Source: an uncultured Clostridia bacterium | GTDB lineage: Bacteria > Bacillota > Clostridia > TANB77 > CAG-508 | Reading direction: 5' to 3' | Assembly: GCA_904419495.1 (NCBI GenBank) | Contig: CAJFRV010000004.1 | Coordinates: 31,790 to 95,789 of the forward strand | Length of the DNA: 64,000 bases | Made by a program: the position numbers and the translations under genes | Notes under the pieces: model-generated | Told to the model about the DNA's origin: nothing | Seen by the model: only the letters and a program-made list of their open reading frames with translations | Database searches by the model: none | In this document: positions 56,325 to 64,000 of the stretch, in pieces | How positions within the stretch are numbered: the first letter of the stretch is position 1 | Layout: each line of letters opens with the position of its first letter

Positions 56325-57137
56325 TTAATCAAAACTTCCACTTTTTAATCCTGATAAATCTAACGTAACATAGGAAAATCCTAAATCTTTTATCTTTTCT
56401 ATTATATTTTTATCTTTTCTATTTTCTACATCTTTATATTTAATATTGTTTAAAATAGTTTCAAAATCTTCTGGATTTACTTCAATTCTTGCTATAGTAT
56501 CATGAATTCTCATCCTGACTTTCTGAATTCCTAAGCTTTTTATTATTTCTTCACTTTGCTCTACCTTTTTTAGTTCTTCTTCTGTTAAAATCGTATTATA
56601 TGGAAATCGAGTTGCCAAACAAGAATTAGATGGTTTATTCCAAAATGAAATTCCTAGTCTTTTACTATATTGTCTTATTTCTTCTTTATGAAATTCAAAC
56701 TTGGCAAGAGGGCTAATAACACCTACTTCTTCTGTTGCCTTGTTTCCCGGTCTATATACAGTTAAATCATCTGCATTTTTCCCATCTAAAAGATGTTCAT
56801 ATCCATTTTCATTAGCTACTTTTTTAAGAATCGTCATCAATTTCTTTTTACAATGATAACATCTATCTTTATGATTTTCTTTAAATTCTGTAATTTCTAA
56901 TGGTTTATATGGCACTTCTATATATCGAAAATTGTTTTCCTTTAAAAATTGAATCGCTTCCTCATAATCTTTTCTTGCCATCATGATACCATTAGCAATA
57001 ATAGCTATGACATTTTCTTGTGGTAATACTTGATTTGCCACATATAGTAGATAACTAGAATCAATTCCTCCTGAATAAGCTATTGCTACTTTTCCTAAGG
57101 ATTGTATATTTTTTTCTAATATTTCTTGCTTTTTCAT
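56325..57137 (-). CDS. larE: LarE, ATP-dependent sulfur transferase of nickel-pincer (NPN) cofactor synthesis (PP-loop ATPase)
   Basis: PP-loop 'AYSGGIDSS'; 'SCLATRFPY'; plus a CxxC ('RCYHCKKK'). Confidence 0.8.
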   Translation of the reverse strand: MKKQEILEKNIQSLGKVAIAYSGGIDSSYLLYVANQVLPQENVIAIIANGIMMARKDYEEAIQFLKENNFRYIEVPYKPLEITEFKENHKDRCYHCKKKLMTILKKVANENGYEHLLDGKNADDLTVYRPGNKATEEVGVISPLAKFEFHKEEIRQYSKRLGISFWNKPSNSCLATRFPYNTILTEEELKKVEQSEEIIKSLGIQKVRMRIHDTIARIEVNPEDFETILNNIKYKDVENRKDKNIIEKIKDLGFSYVTLDLSGLKSGSFD

Positions 57138-57181
57138 TTATGTTTCTCCTATTTAATTTTTAAGTAATTCTATTTTCATTT

Positions 57182-57961
57182 TTATCTGTTTCCTCTATGG
57201 TTGTCATTAAAGTCTCTGTTCCCATTCACAGCCAAACCATTAATTTGATTTGCTAAATATCCTGCACCATATCCATTATCAATATTAACAGTTGCAATAC
57301 CATTACTACAAGAATTAAGCATGCCTAAAAGTGCTGCAATCCCCCCTAAGTTTGCCCCATAACCAACTGATGTTGGAACAGCGATAACTGGTACTTTTGA
57401 TAATCCTGCTACTACAGAAGCCAATGCACCTTCCATTCCTGCAATAGCAATAATACAGTTAGTTTTTTCTAGTTTTTCCTTTTGTGACAAAATTCTATGA
57501 ATTCCTGCTACTCCCACATCGTAAATTTTTTCTACATAGCTTCCCAAAAACTCTGCTGTTTCAGCTGCTTCTTCTGCTACTGGAATATCTGCTGTTCCTC
57601 CTGTACAGATCACAATATTTCCAATTTTTTTCTTGGGTTTTTCAATTTTTAAAATTCTTGAAAGTGGATTATATTGTACTTCTGGAATCTCTTTTTTTAC
57701 TAGTTCGAACTGTTCTATACTAGCTCTTGTTCCTAATACTTCTCCATTTTCTTTATAAATGGATGTATAGATTTTAGATAAATATTCATTTGGTTTGCTT
57801 TGACAAAATATCACCTCTCCTGTACCAATTCTTTCTTTTCGACTATGGTCAATTTTGGCATAACCTAAATCCTCATATTCATGATTTTTAATTTCTTTTT
57901 CTGCTTCTTCTATACTAATTTGATTATTTTGTATTCTTTCTAGTATTTCCTTAATTTCCAT
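57182..57961 (-). CDS. larB: LarB, NaAD carboxylase/hydrolase (PurE-like) of NPN cofactor synthesis
   Basis: 259 aa; 'CTGGTADIPVAEEA', 'AGMEGALASVVAGL...PVIAVPTSVGYG'. Confidence 0.8.
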   Translation of the reverse strand: MEIKEILERIQNNQISIEEAEKEIKNHEYEDLGYAKIDHSRKERIGTGEVIFCQSKPNEYLSKIYTSIYKENGEVLGTRASIEQFELVKKEIPEVQYNPLSRILKIEKPKKKIGNIVICTGGTADIPVAEEAAETAEFLGSYVEKIYDVGVAGIHRILSQKEKLEKTNCIIAIAGMEGALASVVAGLSKVPVIAVPTSVGYGANLGGIAALLGMLNSCSNGIATVNIDNGYGAGYLANQINGLAVNGNRDFNDNHRGNR

Positions 57962-57983
57962 GATTTTATATTTCCTCCTTCAG

Positions 57984-58132
57984 TGTCCAATTGGGGACGT
58001 TTCTTTTTGGGACATTTTTATGTAAATCTATCGTGTTAGAATAGATATGACTAATTTTGATATTATATATTTTATAAAAAGCATGGAGATTTACATAAAA
58101 ATGTCCCAAAAAGAAACGTCCCCAATTGGACA
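57984..58132. repeat. family B palindrome: perfect 46-bp inverted repeat around a 57-nt spacer, between larC and larB
   Basis: 57984-58029 is the exact reverse complement of 58087-58132. Confidence 0.9.
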
Positions 58133-59323
58133 TCAGAATTTTAATTTATATACTTCTTTTAATGGAATATTGTTTTTCTCTGCCAATTCTTTTATACTTT
58201 CATATTCTGGATAAATATAAGTTTCTCCGTTATTTACAACTTTTTTTGCTTGTAATTTACCGTATTTAGTATCAATCGTAATTACTTTTCTTTCTAATTC
58301 TGTTCGATATTCATAACGATAACGAATTCCAATGGTAGTTGTTTCCTTAAAAATAATGTTTTGTAATTTTAAAATGTCTGTTTCCTTACATACTACCGTT
58401 AAACGATAAGCAGGTCTATTTTTTTTCATAAAGATTGGGGTATAAAATACATCTAATGCACCATTTTGAAATAACACTTCTTCTGTATATCCTAATATTT
58501 CACCAGAGCAATCATCAATATTTGTTTCCATGACTACTATTTTTTGATTTTCCTCTTGCATTTCCCCATAATATACTTTCAATACATTTGGAATTTTTAA
58601 ATCTTTTGTACCTGAGCCCCAACCAACTTTTTTGATTTTCATAGCAGGTAAAGTTGTAAATTCGGAACTTAGCTCTGCAATAATCGCTGCTCCTGTTGGT
58701 GTAACCAACTCTGTATCAATATCGATTTGTCTAAATTTTACATTAGAATTAGCAAAAATTTCAGTCGTTGCAGGAACAGGTACTGCCATTGTTCCATGGG
58801 CACATTCTATAAAACCATGTCCGTCATTCACAACACTCGAAATAATTTTGTCTGGATGAATTTTATTGATTAAAATAGCTGTACCTACAATATCTATAAT
58901 TGAATCAATGGCACCTACTTCATGAAAATGTACTTCATCTAATGGCTTGTTATGAACTTTACTTTCCGCCTTGGCTACTCTCATAAATATTCTTTTAGCT
59001 AAATCTTTACTTTCTTCATCAATATCACTGTTATCGATAATTTCACATACATCATGTAAGTTTCTATGTTCATGATTGTGATGATGATGTTCCTGTTCTT
59101 TCTGAACGTGAGAATGCTCATGATGATGTGTTAAAATCACATCAACATGAGTACCTGTAATTCCATTTTTTACTTTTTTAGATATGTTTATTTCATATCC
59201 ATCTATATGTAGTTTTTTTAGCTCTTCTATTAAATAGTTTTCATCTCCAATAATTTCTGTTAATGCTGCTAATGTCATATTACCACTAATTCCACTTGAA
59301 CAGTCAAAATATAATGTTTTCAT
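58133..59323 (-). CDS. larC: LarC, nickel insertase (DUF111) of NPN cofactor synthesis, single ORF
   Basis: 'MKTLYFDCSSGISGNM'; His-rich tract 'HHHEHSHVQKEQEHHHHNHEH'. Confidence 0.85.
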   Translation of the reverse strand: MKTLYFDCSSGISGNMTLAALTEIIGDENYLIEELKKLHIDGYEINISKKVKNGITGTHVDVILTHHHEHSHVQKEQEHHHHNHEHRNLHDVCEIIDNSDIDEESKDLAKRIFMRVAKAESKVHNKPLDEVHFHEVGAIDSIIDIVGTAILINKIHPDKIISSVVNDGHGFIECAHGTMAVPVPATTEIFANSNVKFRQIDIDTELVTPTGAAIIAELSSEFTTLPAMKIKKVGWGSGTKDLKIPNVLKVYYGEMQEENQKIVVMETNIDDCSGEILGYTEEVLFQNGALDVFYTPIFMKKNRPAYRLTVVCKETDILKLQNIIFKETTTIGIRYRYEYRTELERKVITIDTKYGKLQAKKVVNNGETYIYPEYESIKELAEKNNIPLKEVYKLKF

Positions 59324-59506
59324 ATCTTTCCTCTTTCTCTATATTGTTTTTTTCAATTTATATACATTTCATATAAATTTATACATTTTTATTTATAAAG
59401 AACAAATTGGAAGGCCTTATAATTTACATCGTTTTAACTTTTTTCTTTGATTTTCCGTAAATTTGTTCTGCACCAATTTTACTAATGTAAAATTGTATGT
59501 AATATG

Positions 59507-59552
59507 TTTTCATATATTAGAAGGTCAGCATGACTTTTGTAATATATGAAAA
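59507..59552. repeat. family E hairpin, copy 2
   Basis: 21-bp stem with one bulge. Its two non-Watson-Crick pairs are G:U in the plus-sense RNA. Confidence 0.7.
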
Positions 59553-59559
59553 ACCTATT

Positions 59560-60444
59560 TTAGTCAATATTAACAATTTCATATTCTCTATTTCCTAGCC
59601 CCAATTGATTAGCAGCTTCTACTGTATGAATGCCATGTCTTGAATTCATTCTTTCAATTAATGCTGCTTTTCCCGGATCCTTTGCATTCACAACTGCATC
59701 ATAACATGCTTGGTCTAAAGCTACTGGGTCTATTGAAGCAAAAATTCCTAAATCTGCCATTTCAGGTGCATGTGGATTTGAATCACAGTCACAATCAACA
59801 GATAAATTATTAGCAATGCTAATATATACCATGTTTTCTTTTCCCATATAGTTAATTACTGCTTCTGAGGCATCTGCCATTGATTCTAAAAAGTCATCTT
59901 GTTCTGGTAAATTATTCCATACTTCTGCTTGATTCATTGATTTTCCAGCTGAGTGAATCCATAATTTTCCTTTTGAAGAACCAATTCCAATAGAAATATT
60001 TTTTAATGCTCCTCCGAATCCTCCCATGGCATGGCCTTTAAAGTGTGATAGTACTAATATAGAATCATAGTTTTTTAAATGTGTACCAACATAATCTTCT
60101 TTTAAATGGAATCCGTTTTCTACTGGAATTGGCATATCACCTTCTTCATCCATAATATCAACAGTTGCAATATCTATAAATCCATGGTCTTTGATTGCCT
60201 TCCAATGATCTTCTGTTTTATCCCTTTTTCCGCCATATGCTGTGTTACATTCAACAATTGTTCCATTTACTTTATGAACTAAATCCTTGATTAAATTTGG
60301 ATTTAAGAAATAATGTCCTCCTGCTTCTCCTGTTGATAATTTTACAGCTACCTTCCCTTTTAATTGTATACCTAATGTTTCATATATTTTAATTAAATTT
60401 TCTGAGGTAATTTCCTTTATAAAATATACTTTTGACTTTTCCAT
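59560..60444 (-). CDS. DUF362 domain protein (function unknown)
   Basis: 294 aa; 'KVAVKLSTGE', 'LSHFKGHAMGGFGGALKN', 'DCDCD' resemble the DUF362 family as I remember it. Confidence 0.5.
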   Translation of the reverse strand: MEKSKVYFIKEITSENLIKIYETLGIQLKGKVAVKLSTGEAGGHYFLNPNLIKDLVHKVNGTIVECNTAYGGKRDKTEDHWKAIKDHGFIDIATVDIMDEEGDMPIPVENGFHLKEDYVGTHLKNYDSILVLSHFKGHAMGGFGGALKNISIGIGSSKGKLWIHSAGKSMNQAEVWNNLPEQDDFLESMADASEAVINYMGKENMVYISIANNLSVDCDCDSNPHAPEMADLGIFASIDPVALDQACYDAVVNAKDPGKAALIERMNSRHGIHTVEAANQLGLGNREYEIVNID

Positions 60445-60549
60445 AAAAATTCTTCCTTTCTATATACCTCCTGATTTAAGAAGTTTATTTATTGTATAAG
60501 AAAATCAGCTTTTATCTTACATCATGTGAACTTTTCAAATACAAGGATG

Positions 60550-61671
60550 TTAATTTTCAAATGCCTGTGTTACTTTTTCAAGTTCTTCTCGAATTGCTAT
60601 ATGTTGTGGACAAGCTTTTTCACATTGGCCACATTTAATACACTCACTAGCTTTCTTTAATCCATGTCCACTAACTAGCCATTCTTCTTGATGTTTTGCT
60701 GCTGCCATATCTTTATATAATGTTAAATAATTCATTGCTGTAAAAGAACCAGATATACCTATATGCATTGGACATACTTTTGCACAATAGTTACAACTTG
60801 TGCAAGGAATTAAAGGAATTGTACTTAGTACTTTTTGTGCTTCTTTAATGGTTTTCTCTTCTTTATCTGATAATTTTGTAAAATCTTTCATATAGGAAAT
60901 ATTATCATCCATTTGCTCTATATTACTCATTCCAGACAATACTGTAATAACACCTTCTAAACTTGCTGCAAATTTAATTGCCCAAGAAGCAAGAGATGCA
61001 TTTGGATTTACTTTTTTAAATACTTCTTGTACTTGTTCTGGTGGATTTGCAAGCATTCCACCTTTTACTGGTTCCATGATAATGACTGGTTTTCCATATT
61101 TTCTTGCTACTTCATAACATTCTCTAGATTTGATCGCTGGATTTTCCCAATCAGCATAATTGATTTGTAATTGTACAAATTCCATCTCTGGGTGTTTTTG
61201 CAAGATTTCTTCTAATTCTTCTGGTGTTGAGTGGAATGAGAATCCAATATGTTTAATTTTCCCTTCTTTTTTCTTTTCTTGAATCCATGACCACATATCA
61301 AAATCATCAAATGCTTTTGTCCTAGATTCTCCTAAATTATGTAATAAATAAAAGTCGAAATATCCTGCTCCTGTTTGTTTTAATGATGTTTCGAATTGTT
61401 GAATAGCATCTTCTCTTGTTTTACAATTTATCCAAGCTGCATTTTTTGTTGCTAATTGAAACTTTTCTCTTGGATAACGTTCTACCAATGCTTGTCTAAT
61501 AGCATCTTCACTTCCAGCATATGCCCATGCTGTATCAAAATATGTGAATCCTGCTTCTAAAAAGTGATCTACCATCACTTTGGTTTGTTCAACATCAATT
61601 TTATCATCCTTCATAGGTAATCTCATTAGTCCAAATCCTAATTTTTTAATTTCTTCTCCTAAATATGGCAT
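60550..61671 (-). CDS. aldo/keto reductase with a C-terminal 2-cluster Fe-S (ferredoxin-like) domain
   Basis: 'GFGLMRLP', 'YFDTAWAY'; C-terminal 'CTSCNYCAKVCP' and 'CIKCGQCEKACP'. Confidence 0.75.
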   Translation of the reverse strand: MPYLGEEIKKLGFGLMRLPMKDDKIDVEQTKVMVDHFLEAGFTYFDTAWAYAGSEDAIRQALVERYPREKFQLATKNAAWINCKTREDAIQQFETSLKQTGAGYFDFYLLHNLGESRTKAFDDFDMWSWIQEKKKEGKIKHIGFSFHSTPEELEEILQKHPEMEFVQLQINYADWENPAIKSRECYEVARKYGKPVIIMEPVKGGMLANPPEQVQEVFKKVNPNASLASWAIKFAASLEGVITVLSGMSNIEQMDDNISYMKDFTKLSDKEEKTIKEAQKVLSTIPLIPCTSCNYCAKVCPMHIGISGSFTAMNYLTLYKDMAAAKHQEEWLVSGHGLKKASECIKCGQCEKACPQHIAIREELEKVTQAFEN

Positions 61672-61776
61672 TTCCATTCCTCCTTTTAAATTAATTTCTT
61701 TAATATTTTTTCTATATTGTTTTAGACATACATAAACTCTTCCTATTTCAACAGTCTCATTTTTACCTCTTTATTT

Positions 61777-62523
61777 TTACTTTTCAAGTTTGTCATATTC
61801 TTCATCACTTACAGGTTCACACCATTCATTTGATGTATTTTCTCCCGGTACTTCTACCGCTAAATGACTAAACCAACTATTATTTTTAGCTCCATGCCAA
61901 TGTTTTACATTTGCTGGTATCACTACTATATCTCCTTGTTCTAAACTTCTTGCTTCTTTTCCCTCTTCTTGATACCAACCTTCTCCTTCAACACAAATCA
62001 AAATTTGCCCTCCACCATTACTTGCATGATGAATATGCCAATTATTTCTACATCTTGGTTCAAAAGTAACATTTGCAATAGATACAACAGATTCTCCTTG
62101 TTTTGTTAATGGTTTTAAATATGAATTTCCAATAAAATATTGTGCATAAGCTGTATTTGGTTCTCCCATTCCAAACATACCTCCATGTTCTTCCTGAGTC
62201 ATGTCATCTGCATATACTTCTTTTGCCATATTAAATACTGCCCAAGCATTTGGCCATCCTGCATAAAATGCTGCATGTGTAATGATTTCTGCCATTTCTG
62301 TTTTAGTAATTCCATTATTTTTGGCATTTATCAAATGATATTTTAGTGAACTATCTACCATGCCTTTTCCCATAAATACACATATTGTTACCAATGATCT
62401 ATCTCTTAAAGACAACTTATCTTCTCTTGACCACACTTCTCCAAATAAAATATCATCATTTAATTCTGCAAACCTAGGTGCAAACTCTCCTAGGCTATCT
62501 CTTCCAGCTGTTTGTTTTTTCAT
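61777..62523 (-). CDS. carboxymuconolactone decarboxylase (AhpD-like) domain fused to a cupin domain
   Basis: The N-terminal half is CMD-like. The C-terminal half has 'WHIHHA..GGGQILI...GEGWY' and 'HWHGA' cupin motifs. Confidence 0.65.
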   Translation of the reverse strand: MKKQTAGRDSLGEFAPRFAELNDDILFGEVWSREDKLSLRDRSLVTICVFMGKGMVDSSLKYHLINAKNNGITKTEMAEIITHAAFYAGWPNAWAVFNMAKEVYADDMTQEEHGGMFGMGEPNTAYAQYFIGNSYLKPLTKQGESVVSIANVTFEPRCRNNWHIHHASNGGGQILICVEGEGWYQEEGKEARSLEQGDIVVIPANVKHWHGAKNNSWFSHLAVEVPGENTSNEWCEPVSDEEYDKLEK

Positions 62524-62547
62524 AATTCATTCCTCCTTATATATTTA

Positions 62548-62916
62548 TTACATTAGATTTTTATCTAATATGTTTTTATCATATAAATCAATTTTGTAAT
62601 TCAACTTATCATATGCTTCTTGCATTGCATCAAGCTTTTGTTTTAATATCCTTCTTTGTTCTACTAAAATTTCTCTTCTTTCTTTTACTGTTTTATCTCC
62701 TTCATCAAATAGCTGTAAATATCTCTTTAAAAAACTAATTTCTACTCCCGCTGCTCTCATACACTTGACAAATTGTATTCTTCTAATATCATTTTCATCA
62801 TAATTTCGAATACCATTTTTGCCTTTTGATATTGGTCCAATTAGTCCTTCTCTTTCATAATACCTTAAAGTATCTGTTGTCAGTCCGAATTTTTCAGCCA
62901 CTTCTGATATCTGCAT
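62548..62916 (-). CDS. MerR family transcriptional regulator
   Basis: 'MQISEVAEKFGLTTDTLRYYEREGLI'. Confidence 0.85.
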   Translation of the reverse strand: MQISEVAEKFGLTTDTLRYYEREGLIGPISKGKNGIRNYDENDIRRIQFVKCMRAAGVEISFLKRYLQLFDEGDKTVKERREILVEQRRILKQKLDAMQEAYDKLNYKIDLYDKNILDKNLM

Positions 62917-62988
62917 AAAACGCCTCCTTTCTATAAGTTTTATTGTCTTTACATATCATTGTTTGTATTATGAATCTTCTTTATTTAT

Positions 62989-63019
62989 TATATATCACTT
63001 AGAGTTTACTTTAAGTCAA
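62989..63019 (-). promoter_or_regulatory. MerR-type promoter with a 19-nt spacer carrying an operator palindrome
   Basis: TTGACT (63019-63014), 19-nt spacer with ACTTAAAG-N4-CTCTAAGT, TATATA (62994-62989). Confidence 0.6.
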
Positions 63020-63147
63020 TACTTTTTATATATTTTTTCATTTTTTCTAAAAAGGGATTTTAAAAACAAGTTCATTTTCCTTTTATGGTAAATCAAATAA
63101 GAAAAAAGGGAAAATGAGCCAGTCCTCAAAATCCCTTCTAATATATG

Positions 63148-64000
63148 CTATTTTATTTCTTTTGATCTGTTATTTAATGAAGTCCACAAACCTAATGTTT
63201 CTTTTGGTACTTTTCGATGGTTTTTACACTGTTCTGGTAAATTATCTTTTGTAAAAATTTCTGTATATGTACTGATACAATTTTTAGAAGCTAAACATCC
63301 TGTAGTTTTACATACTATTCTTTTTATAATACCTTCTGGCTCTATAAAAGTGGCACTTGGTAAATCCTTATGTATGTCTGTCATAACCGCATCCCAAATT
63401 TGTCCTGCTGGATTTCCACTATAATATACAGTTTCACTATTATCATATCCATACCAAGTTGCAGCTGCATAATATGGTGTAAAACCACAAAGCCATCTAT
63501 CATAGTCATTATCTGTTGTACCCGTTTTAGCTGCTACATCTATTCCCGGAATTGCACAATATGTTGCAGTTCCTCCTGATTTTACTGGTTCTTGCACAAT
63601 TGTTTTCATAATATATGCATTTTGCTTTGAAATCACTTGTCTTGTTTCTTGTTTTGGTGTTAAAACTGTATTTCCAGCAGCATCTGTCACACTAGTATAA
63701 AATGTTGGTGTAATATATACACCATCATTAGCAATTGTTCCATAAGCTGATGCCATTTCTAATGGACTAACACCACTTGTCATGCCACCTAATGCTAAAC
63801 TCAATACATTATCTGTTTTGGGATCAAGAGAAGTGATTCCCATTTTTTGTAAGTATTCTAATGATTTTTTAGGCGTTAATTCTGCCATGATTTTAACTGC
63901 TGGTATATTTTGTGAAGTTCTAATAAAACTTCGAATATTAATTAATCCTTTGAACCCATTGTAATTTTTAGGTTCATAGTTTTTTCCAAACCTTGTACTA
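63148..64000 (-). CDS. class A penicillin-binding protein, C-terminal (transpeptidase) part; 5' end lies outside the window
   Basis: The frame stays open to nt 64000. 'YEPKNY..F.G...IR....S.NIPAV' and the 'KTGTT' motif are present. Confidence 0.8.
   Translation of the reverse strand, partial: STRFGKNYEPKNYNGFKGLINIRSFIRTSQNIPAVKIMAELTPKKSLEYLQKMGITSLDPKTDNVLSLALGGMTSGVSPLEMASAYGTIANDGVYITPTFYTSVTDAAGNTVLTPKQETRQVISKQNAYIMKTIVQEPVKSGGTATYCAIPGIDVAAKTGTTDNDYDRWLCGFTPYYAAATWYGYDNSETVYYSGNPAGQIWDAVMTDIHKDLPSATFIEPEGIIKRIVCKTTGCLASKNCISTYTEIFTKDNLPEQCKNHRKVPKETLGLWTSLNNRSKEIK

Noticed and set aside
57984-58132. Family A, B and G inverted repeats, considered as recombinase-driven invertible promoters.
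   Set aside because: The spacers of A (12-16 nt) and B (57 nt) are too short for site-specific inversion and contain no promoter. No recombinase gene is nearby. For G the idea is kept only as a minor alternative in the findings.
58101-58133. Mini-ORF MSQKETSPIGH encoded by every family B arm (also 35886-35854 and 58016-57984 on the minus strand).
   Set aside because: No SD precedes the ATG in any copy, and the continuations after the 11th codon differ completely. It is most simply a by-product of the repeat sequence.
63114-63254. A plus-strand 46-aa very hydrophobic ORF (MSQSSKSLLIYAILFLLICYLM...) antisense to the 3' end of the PBP gene, considered as a type I toxin.
   Set aside because: Most of it overlaps the PBP coding region in antisense. 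The hydrophobic composition is what antisense of K/E/N-rich AT-rich coding DNA produces. Only a marginal SD is present.
1-64000. Prophage, integrative element, IS or defence island.
   Set aside because: No integrase, transposase, recombinase, restriction-modification, toxin-antitoxin or phage structural genes were recognisable in any frame. There are no tRNA genes that could serve as att sites. I saw no obvious compositional break by eye.

Overview
This is a very AT-rich, Bacillota-type chromosomal segment; spoIIID and a sporulation-type sigma fragment suggest a spore former. Two plus-strand genes sit at the left edge, and every other credible gene (about 60) is on the minus strand.

Gene content, left to right:
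- Sigma fragment, spoIIID, and small membrane and housekeeping genes.
- An ARE-like ABC-F ATPase with an SD-sequestering leader hairpin.
- A ~23-kb cell-envelope glycopolymer locus (7.4-30.2 kb). It holds two GtrB/GtrA/GT-C-type decoration modules, a split Wzm/Wzt ABC exporter, eight glycosyltransferases and a pyruvyl transferase. Embedded in it are three surface proteins: a frameshifted GH73-BIG2 hydrolase, an amidase-BIG2 protein and a cadherin-like protein.
- guaB, a heterodimeric ABC exporter, and pta with two ack genes.
- A PAP2-DgkA fusion, metK, a lipid kinase, a MacB-like ABC transporter, a LiaF-like gene and a CDF transporter.
- A run of small hydrolases, then nifS-larE-larB-larC without larA.
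- A MerR-controlled redox operon and a partial class A PBP.

I saw no rRNA, tRNA, CRISPR, transposase, integrase or phage genes.

The most unusual content is non-coding. At least six families of hairpin-forming intergenic repeats are present, some GC-rich and perfectly palindromic. One overlaps a gene's last codons, one sits inside the lar operon, and one pair precedes pta and ack with compensatory base changes.

All calls come from reading the sequence and the ORF track only. No database search was run.
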